A stretch of DNA of 46,057 nucleotides, the filler included, from Jimgerdemannia flammicorona (lineage: Eukaryota): assembly GCA_003990765.1 (NCBI GenBank). It is 2 parts of 2 records of this genome, joined end to end, with 100 filler letters (N's around TTAATTAATTAA, not from the genome) between each part and the next. Parts side by side here need not be neighbours in the genome. Positions count along the whole stretch, not along the records: positions 23,080 to 46,057 come from RBNJ01001175.1; 1 more part is not named here. One strand, 5' to 3'. Each line of letters opens with the position of its first letter. Position 1 is the stretch's first letter. The notes beneath the pieces were generated by a model. The model was not told the DNA's origin. It made no database searches and saw only the letters and a list, made by a program, of their open reading frames with translations. Of the stretch, positions 37,654-46,057 are shown in pieces. The position numbers and the translations under genes are program-made.

Positions 37654-38887
37654 ATCAGGGCTCAGTTCTATTAGAAAGAAGAGTTCAAAGTTACCTGAGT
37701 TTAACTACATCCAGTATCTAATCAAAGAGAAATTCAAGGGCAAGATGTTCAGCATGAGCAGTACCAGCATCATCATCAAGGCTTGGGGGTCTATATTCGA
37801 ATCAGAGCCAATTGTTCTCGACCAAGGGGTCCATTGGCCAGCAGGAGTAACCAATGATGAAGAGAACCATATCTTTATTAATGAATGCAGAGAGGTGGTT
37901 ATAATGGTGATAAGGAACCTCTATAGTGACGAGCTTTATCACCATATTAATGAGATTTGTAAGGATTGCATCAAATACCAGGTAGCAGGAAAGAGGGAGT
38001 GAAAAAAGCAAGGAGAGGAGGTTTGGATGGGAATTGGGTATACTGCAATACTAGTGAAGGGTGGGTTCCAGAGTTATGAAATCTCCTGCACTTGTCTCCC
38101 TTTTTTTTTACTCCTCCTCAGATAAATCACTCTTCACTGATATACTCTTTTTTGATACAAATTCAGGGATATACAAGATTCTGTACCCCTATCAGAATTT
38201 TAGAAGTGCTGTCAAAGAGCAAACTGTACACAAGTATGATATGGCCTGTATGGTGATAACAGCTATGATCTGGGGTTCTTTGAGTAGATTGGTAGAGCAT
38301 ACAGCAGGCCAGCTTAGTAGTGATCTCAGTATGGCTGTACATGCATTCTTGGTGCAATTTAGTATACCATATGAAATGAGGAGCTCTACTTTTTTGGGGT
38401 GCTGCAGCCCAGGGGGTTTCTGTGGCCTAGGGGATTTCTATGGCCCAGAGGGTTTCTGCCCCCCTATATGCAAAAAGGACTGACTGGTTGCTGTCCGTTT
38501 TGGCAGATTTCCAAGCTGGGGCTCCTGGGGCTGGACCAAGAGCAGACATTCACCAGCACAGCCTGGCAGTATGAGGTCCTGGACCAAGGGTTCACCCAAT
38601 CATATGCTCATGTCACATTAGGATATGTCAGACACAACCTTTCTCTGCCCACACACACAGACAACATCACCCCAGTAATGTTTTATATCTCAGAAAGAAA
38701 GGACCCAACCTGGGAGAATAGTGGTAGAGTCTGGTATGATCTCACCTATAGTTTTGAGATCCTGTTTGTAGCCAACACAGCCATCCTCTTTCAACCACAT
38801 GACCACCATGGCACCATCACCTTCAAGGAGAGCTCAGATATAATAGTTGTTGTATTTATAATAGATAATAGGCTTATCAAGGCCTAG
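37654..38887 (+). pseudogene. TET/JBP-like 2OG-Fe(II) dioxygenase, decayed; probable further 5' exons ~36990-37430
   Basis: IFINECREVVIMVIRNLY..VWMGIGY, intron ~38061-38120, then LPTHTD (HxD) and GRVWYDLTYSFEILFVANTAILFQPHDHHGT..IIVVVF. Confidence 0.6.
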
Positions 38888-39244
38888 AACTGGTAGGTAG
38901 AGTAGTTTTTGTGAGGGTTAAGCAATCTTTCACAAGAGATAGGCAGTCTTTTATAAGGGTTAGGCAGTTATTTTGTGTGGGTTGGACAGTCTTATGTAGG
39001 GGGTTGGGCTGGGCACCTCTTCTGTAGCTCTAGCTTAGCCATTATGCAGGGCCCTACTGGCCCCTTGGCCCTACTCTACAGTACCACCAGTACAGTGCTG
39101 CAGTGCAGGACCAGAGTGCCTGTGGGACCTGAACCAGTGATGGGGCCCAAATCTATAGTGGACTTTAACCACTAGAAATGCCCTCTGACTACCAAAAGTA
39201 CCCTTTAATCACTAGAAGTACTCTCTGCCTCAGACTCCTTAGCA

Positions 39245-39790
39245 GCTTGGAGCTGCCCCTATGCCGCTGGCAGAGGGCCACACTCCCTCCACCTGCCCCA
39301 CTCATCCTGGATACTTGTGGCTTGGGACTGCCCCTTGCTGCCAGTGGAGGGCTGCAAATTTTGCATGCTCCCTCGCTGACCCCACACTCATCAACTCCAC
39401 CCACTGACCCAGGTGCTGATAGCTTGGGGCTGCCCCTCGCTGCTGGCAGAGGGCCACAAATTTTGTACACTCTCTCTGCCTACCCTATCTGTCCTGGATA
39501 CTTGTGGCTTGGGGCTGCCCCTTGCTACTGGCAGGGGGCTACAAATTTTGCATGCTCTCTCTGCTGATCCTGCACCCACCAACTCCACTGACTGACCCCA
39601 CCCACTGACCTAGGTACTGATATCTTGGGGCTGCCCCTTGCTGCTGATAGAGGGCTGCAAGTTTTGCATGCTCTCTCTGCCAACCCCCCTGACCAGGACA
39701 CTTATGGCTTAGGGCTGCCTCTTGCTACTGGCAGAGGGCTGCAAACATTGTGTACTCTCTCTGCTGCCACCACTAACCCTGCTGACCACT
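39245..39790. repeat. GC-rich tandem repeat, about 6 units of ~75-115 bp, between the convergent genes
   Basis: Core cttggggctgccccttgctgctggcagagggctgcaaattttgcatgctctct. Confidence 0.9.
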
Positions 39791-39909
39791 TGGACCACAA
39801 ACTCCAGGCCAAGTCCTCAGGGTTTTTTGCCTTTTTATTATTTTTGAAAGATATTAAATATTCCACAAGGCCAACCAACTTATCTGCGAACCCCCAGGAC
39901 CTACCAAAT

Positions 39910-42502
39910 TTTAGTGGCCCAAGCCCCACCAAGACTTCAGATACATATATACTCAAATTGTCTCAGCATTCAGTATATACCTCTTTGGGGCAATGAGGTC
40001 CACCCCACCTGAGAACACCTGCTTGATGGGAGTACTGGAGGCAGGAATTGCCAGGTAGTCCTGAGCCATGCTATATAGGCTGGAGAAGTCCATTTGATAT
40101 AGCTGCATGCCCCAGTGGATAGAGTGGTGGGTAGAGTAGTGGTTAGATTAATGGGTTAAATTGGCCCAATATCCACCTGACAACCCACCTTCCACCAGTT
40201 GAGTACCTCCATGTCCTCCAGTAGGATCATGTGGTTGCTGGCAAGATAAATGGTAAGTTTGTCTATTGACAGCAGCTCTTCTACTGATGGCTCCCTCTTC
40301 CTCTTTCTGTTGAAGTAAATGTGGAGATCTCTTGGTATATTCATCCAGACTTTGGCCAGAACCTTATAGCAGTATATAGTTTTTCCAGTACACTTCAATT
40401 ATGGCCTGCTTGGTTCTCTCAATGAAGTGCTACTCCCAGCCCTGATCTTTATGGTATTATAGCTTTAAGCATAGGTCCAGTACTGTTTGAAAGAGAGAAG
40501 AGAGTGAGTTTTTGTAGGGGTTTCTCTGTTTTGGAAGGGGTAATGGCCACATACTGACATTGACATCGACATACCTATACTGATTGAGTATATGGTGGTA
40601 TCTGTTTAGAAGTAGTACTTTCTGAGCTTGCTATATAAGAGCAACCTCTATGGTATCTCTTTGATCCAGACTCAACTATAAATCACTACAACCCTCCAGT
40701 CTATCCTTGAGCTTGTTCTCTAGCCAGTCAATCAGAAGGTTGTATACTGGTATTGTCAAGCTTATTGTCAGGGTTGTTTGTTTGACTATATCCTTTGTAC
40801 AATCATTGAAACACTGGCAGTTATATATGGTAAGGTATTGCATTATGCAGAGGCAGACAAAATGAGTGTAGAGACTGACAAAACGAGTGTAGAGCCAGAG
40901 CAATCACCACTTACTTTCAAAACTCTGACAATATTCCTAAGTATGTCCCACTTGCTTTCACCTAGAGCCTCGGCCTGTATTTCCTTATTGACAGTCACTA
41001 TTGAATCTATTGGCTCTTTTTGTTTTTTTTTTTTTTTTAAAATAAATCTTCAATCATCTGAAATAAGTTACTTCAGCCGACTGAAGAAAAAAAGGACACA
41101 TATTACAGCAAACTCTAGCACACACTGGATCATTGCAAATGTTAAGTTCTAACATATATAGATGTCCAATATAAACTCTTTCAGGGCTAAACTGATTGCC
41201 CTATACTGTACAGTGAATTTGTCTCATTATTATAGAGATGATCAGACCGACACAACCAGGTTGTGCAGCTTGGAAATTATACTCAGGGCCCCTCCTCTCT
41301 CAGATGTTTTGTCTATATGCATAAAATAGTCCTGAACAGTAAGGTTCAGTATATGGGTCTGGCATTATACATGACAGCTTTCTGTACTGAAGGCCACATT
41401 TTTCTGTTTGAGGCTGGTCACTAAAACTTTGAAAAATATTGAGTTATTTGTGGCATTGTCTATCATAATGGCCAAAATCTGTACTTGAAATATTCAGTTG
41501 GTGAATTTATATGAAAATAAATAACCAATAAAATCTGGTTTGGTTTAGGACCTCCCTCAAAACCTTTTTTACCTTAGTGGTGATCCCAAGCTCCCAGATA
41601 CAACTAATAAAAGCATCTGCAATGTTGTCTCCAGAATGAGAGTCAGCAAGTTTGACAAAGTCAAGAGTGAGAGATTTAAGCTACCAATTGAGATCAATCT
41701 AATGATGATAATGCCCAGAAATGAAATTGCATTGGGGGATATCCATGTGTCAATCATAAATGAAATTTTGTCTGCTGAATTCTGCTTATGGAATGTGAGG
41801 TTAAATTGGTGAGCTCTTTTATATAATTCAGCTTGTAAAGGTCATGGTGCTGCTTTTATTTTACCTGAAGTATCTGGTGGAGATTGTCATACTCCTTTCT
41901 ATAGGCCTCCAGGACATCTTTGCAAATAGTATCAGCACTTGGCAAATATAAATCATGCTTGAGGAGACTAAAGATACTATGCAATTGATCACTCTTGATA
42001 GTTGTGAATAGCTGGTCTGTATACATAATCTAGCAAATGAGCTGATTTCGAAATTCTGCTGAAGAGTATGGCTAAATATTTTTGATTAAATAGTATTGTT
42101 GGTACAGAAATGGTCAGGCAATTGGATAAATGTACCCACCATAGCTTGGATGTCGATTTTATTTATCTTCATATTCTTTTTGATTTTGTCAGAGTGCTTG
42201 TCTTTTATGTATTAATTTATGTTCGAAGTCATACCCCCAAGCATTTTAAACTTCTGGCTGATGCAGTTCATGAGGGTGGATGAAACAATATCATGTGTGT
42301 GTCAAAACAAACAAAAAGTATCAATAGGTATATCTTAATTTTTTACCTGCAATAATTACAAATAATATTATCTCCTATCTTAGCACAATGTTGTCAGATT
42401 TTGGAGCAAGGATTGTATAGAAGGTATGGAGTTATGTTTCAGGGATGTTTGACTTGAAGCATCATCGGTACTGTGAACTATTGAAGACTGATCTGTCAAC
42501 AT
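39910..42502 (-). pseudogene. hAT transposase (intron-containing, decayed)
   Basis: BED-like IICNYC, IDTWISPNAISFLGI, IMIDNATN, TVLDLCLK, dimerisation domain VLNWWK..MAQDYLAIPASSTPIKQVFS. Confidence 0.9.
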
Positions 42503-42922
42503 GTGTGTTTGTGTATTTACATGTATATGTGTATATATACGTATGTGTATTGTATTGTGGATGTGTCCAGCATATAAGTTATATAGAGAATTTGGATTGG
42601 AGAATTCGGTTGAAGGATTCGGATGAGGATTCAGATTGAAAGATTCAAATTGGAGGATTTGAATTAGAGGATTCAAATTGGAGGATTCAGATTGAGTGAT
42701 TCAGATTGAGTAATTTGAATTGAGTAATTCAGATTGAGTGATTCAGATTGAGTGATTTGGATTGGGGTGGTTCAGATGGGTGATTTGGATGGGGTAATTC
42801 AGATGGGGCAATTTGGATTAATCTGAGTTGATTCAGATGGCTTTAGATTTGAGATTCGGATCAAACCATTATGTGACAAATCAAATCCAGATTTGATTCA
42901 AATTGACTCATTCAGAGCACTA

Positions 42923-43634
42923 ATTCCTATAGAGTATATGATTGTAGATTTACTTACTAAAGCTCTTTCAAAGCCAAAGTTTGAGCAATGCACTAAAGGA
43001 ATGGGTCTCTCTGGTTGATTATGAGATATTTTTCAGGCTATTAAAAACCTTTCATACCACATTCTATATCTATACATATTGATTATATTTCTTATCTATA
43101 AGTGGATTATATGAATAATATTACATTGTATTTCTGTAAATATTTTGGATATTTCAAAATACTTTTTGATTAGCAAAAATTTTTATATTACTAGTCTTTT
43201 ACTATATTCTTTACTTATTTTCATGCTTATAAGTAGGAAATTTTGACCTTCTGTAGTTATCTAGATAGTATCCCATTGATTACATTTAGTTTACTCTAGT
43301 TTATTTCTATTTTAGTTTGTATTTTTTTTTTTTTAGTATATTTTTTTTTTTTTTTAGTTTGTATTTTTTTTTTTTTAGTATATTTTATATTTTTATTTAT
43401 TTATATATCTCATTGAGTGAGAGTATTGAGATATGTAGTAACTCAATATATCAATATGTAATTAGTAATTTCATCAGTAATACATAAAATACATATCCTA
43501 TGCAAACTTAATAAAAATGCCCCTCTTTTCAATATTATCAATTTATAGAAATTATAACTTTATAATTTTCTTTATAATTAAAAAAAAAAAACTGACTGAT
43601 ATAAATACTGATCTTTCTAGTACTATATATATAT
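42923..43634 (+). mobile_element. Ty1/Copia 3' end (RNase H C-terminus, UTR, probable PPT and partial LTR from ~43424)
   Basis: IPIEYMIVDLLTKALSKPKFEQCTKGMGLSG*, matching the Copia ADxLTK motif; gagtgagag followed by tattgag. Confidence 0.75.
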
Positions 43635-46057
43635 AATCAGAGGAGGAAGAAGGCCCAGCAGGAGCCAAGGGAGCGAACCCAGAGCCAGTGTCAAAGTGAA
43701 CGGAAGACATGTGAAAGAGTGTGTATAAGGGGGACGAACAAAGAACATAACCGAAAATGCATCAGCCATTTATTGCCATGTAAAAACGCGGTCCTTATAT
43801 ACCAAATATGATGTCCCAAAAGGGAGGACGCGCCACAACTCGGGGCAAACTGAATTAGGAACCACATGACTGCCGGAGATAAGCGGAGATAAAGGGGGAG
43901 CCAATCCCAGTTGCAGGATAAAAATCACAAACAAACACAAACAAAACAAATCCAAATCGAGATTAAAAAACATCCGCAGACCCCAGAGGGGTGAGCGTGA
44001 GCGAAGGGTGAGGCCGAAATGGAGCGAGCCACAGCAAGCCCGAGCGAAGCGAGGGGCCGAAGGCAGTGGAGGGGAGCGGAGTAAGGCCAAGACCCCGGAG
44101 TGAGCGCGAGACCCCGGAGGGGGCAAGGATGTTTTTTAATCCTCTCCGGCAGAACCGGAGGCACCAGAAGGTGACAAAAACGCAAAACGAGAGCGATGGA
44201 TTGAAGAAGAAACAGAAGGAAGACGCGAACGAGCAATCAGAGGGCGTCAGGAAAGAGATGAAAGTCCATGGCATGAAAGAGAAGAGTGCAGGACAGAGTC
44301 AGGGCATTGAGCGACCCAGCGAGTACGATCAAATGGTACGATGAGAATCGGGGGTGGGAAAGAAGAGGGGGTACGGAGAGGGTAAGGGGGGAGAGAGGGA
44401 AGTGAAGGGGAGTAAAGGGGAGAGAGTAGGGAAGAGCGAACAACAGACCATTCGACAGAAGCAAGCAGATCACGAACGATAGAAATGGGGTAGGCACAAC
44501 GATGGACCACGAAGTTGCCAAGAACCCGAACAGCAGACACCCAATCAGAATGACGGGAGCAGCATAATGCAAGACAACGAGCCTCACCACAAACACATTC
44601 GAGAAGAGTGCAACGGGGATGATTGGACAAGAAGTCAGGGAACTGTTGTGAATGGGGAAAATGGGAATAAACAACAGTTCAGAAGGGAGAAAGAGAAATG
44701 GAAAGGTCCAAAAAGGGAATACTAGTCGTACCACACACCCAAGTAATAGAATGATGGAGAGGGTAGACACCCAGGAACACACTAGGAATATCAATGCCAG
44801 CAACAGCGAAGACAATAAAGTCATCAATATATCGGCGAAAGAAGATATCCCCAGCCCAGAACGCAATGAAAAGAGGTGAAGTAATATCACGTAACACACG
44901 CAGTTCATGGGCCAGGCCAACAAGGTTGGCAAGGGTGGGGGCACAATTCGTACCCATGGCAATACCAGAAGTCTGGTGAAAAGAGCCAAGGGCCAACTCA
45001 AAATAATTAGAGCCGCAGACGAGGAGTGTAAGCTCAACAATGGAAGCCAGCGAAACCAGGGAATCCAAAGGAAAAACCAAGGAACCCAAGAAGCGAAGGC
45101 AATCATCAATCTCATCAAAACGAATAGCAGTATAGAAGGAAGAGAAGTCACCAGAGGCCAAATGGGAAAAACAGTGAACAGGCACAATGGTGGAGCAGAG
45201 GAGGGCGAGCTCCTGAGTATTATGAAGAATAGTGTACTCAGGCCCAAGATGGTGTTGTAAGAGAGCCATCCAGGAGAGAAAGAAATGGGATAACCATTTC
45301 GAAATCTCAGTGGTAGGAGAACTATAAGCAGCCGTAATAGGATGCCAAGCCAAAAAAGGCTTGTGAACTTTAGGAAGAGCATAGAAAACTGGAAGAGAAA
45401 TATCTGGGGAGGACAAAGAGTCCTGGAAGAAGTTAAAAATGGGGTTCGCGAACGGAGAATCCAAAAGTGATCTAGCATGAGCCAGAGAAACCCGAAGAAG
45501 AGTGAGAACCTCATCCAATCCAAGAGCACTAGGTTCGTAAGCCATGGCTCGAAGGAGGGCAGAAAGGCCATCAAGGTAGAGCAACTTAGGAATAAGTGCA
45601 AAACCCTGATTCTTATCAGTGACTGTGAGCAAATGCATAGGCAATTGCTTGACCAATTTAAGCACGGTACGCACAGCATGGTCCGAAACCAAGCAAGAGC
45701 GAGCACATCCGGGAATGGACAAAGAGCAAGCCATATCGAGGAATACGCAGTGTGAAGAGACATTGGGAGGGGGGACCCAATCGCTAGGAACAAAATAGTG
45801 AGAGGGCATCTCACCACGATCTTGAAAGAAAATGACAAGGTCAAGAGCACAACGAAAATGTGTTAGACGAGCCGGATCAGTGAAGGAGAATTGTGAGGGA
45901 GTCGCAGGAAAAACAAAGCGAGGACCCAAGGATAAGGCAAAGACTTGAAGGGGAGAAAGGGGGCAGTCAGCCGAAGAAAAAGGAGGAGACAAAAGTGTTC
46001 CAAAAGAAGAATAAACCCGAAAGTTCGGGACAAGCAACTGGGAAAGGCGAAGGGGGG
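43635..46057 (-). mobile_element. Penelope-like retroelement copy 2, younger; 3' pLTR ~43635-44142; runs off the window
   Basis: RT ORF plus a terminal repeat matching 18047-18555; CpGs largely retained. Confidence 0.9.
44247..46057 (-). pseudogene. PLE reverse transcriptase with a single CGA>TGA stop at 44679-44681
   Basis: FYALPKVHKP, GDFSSFYT, GIAMGTNCAP, RRYIDDF, PFLDL, SNHP; the two ORF pieces are in frame and copy 1 has CGA at this position. Confidence 0.9.

Larger units (their letters stand above)
36459..42922 (-). mobile_element. Large hAT DNA transposon (~6.46 kb) with transposase and passenger gene
   Basis: TIRs TAGTGCTCC / AGAGCACTA (same as the MITEs); related subterminal arrays 36480-36715 and 42590-42910; no matching TSD. 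Confidence 0.82.

Noticed and set aside
39178..39996. ORFs within the tandem repeat
   Set aside because: Products of the GC-rich repeat; frames shift between units
43755..43770. Possible hammerhead core in the pLTR
   Set aside because: Minus strand reads CTGATGC rather than CTGANGA, has no supporting stems, and overlaps the ORF1 start
44237..45850. 537-aa ORF overlapping the PLE RT in another frame
   Set aside because: Leu/Phe/Ser-rich shadow frame caused by the A-poor strand; broken in copy 1; no motifs

Overview
Repeat-rich fungal genomic DNA, probably from an early-diverging fungus such as Mucoromycota (inferred from gene style and element content). Two contigs are joined by an artificial N-gap linker at 22980-23079. 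Only about 4 kb is host genes: intron-containing TAF7 (3'-incomplete) and aspartate kinase HOM3, which has a perfect Gcn4/CpcA site upstream. The rest is nested, C>T/G>A-decayed transposons: (1) a near full-length Ty3/Gypsy chromovirus with a dUTPase between gag and protease, plus further copies of its LTR; (2) L1-like LINEs; (3) two hAT MITEs with 8-bp TSDs; (4) a DDE transposase remnant; (5) two endonuclease-less Penelope-like elements; (6) two more Gypsy elements, one with a dUTPase between protease and RT, and both with a homologous extra ORF after pol; (7) a Copia 3' end; (8) a 6.5-kb hAT element. The most notable observation is that this hAT carries, convergent to its transposase, a decayed gene resembling a TET/JBP 2OG-Fe(II) dioxygenase. 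All calls come from manual reading and translation; no searches were run.
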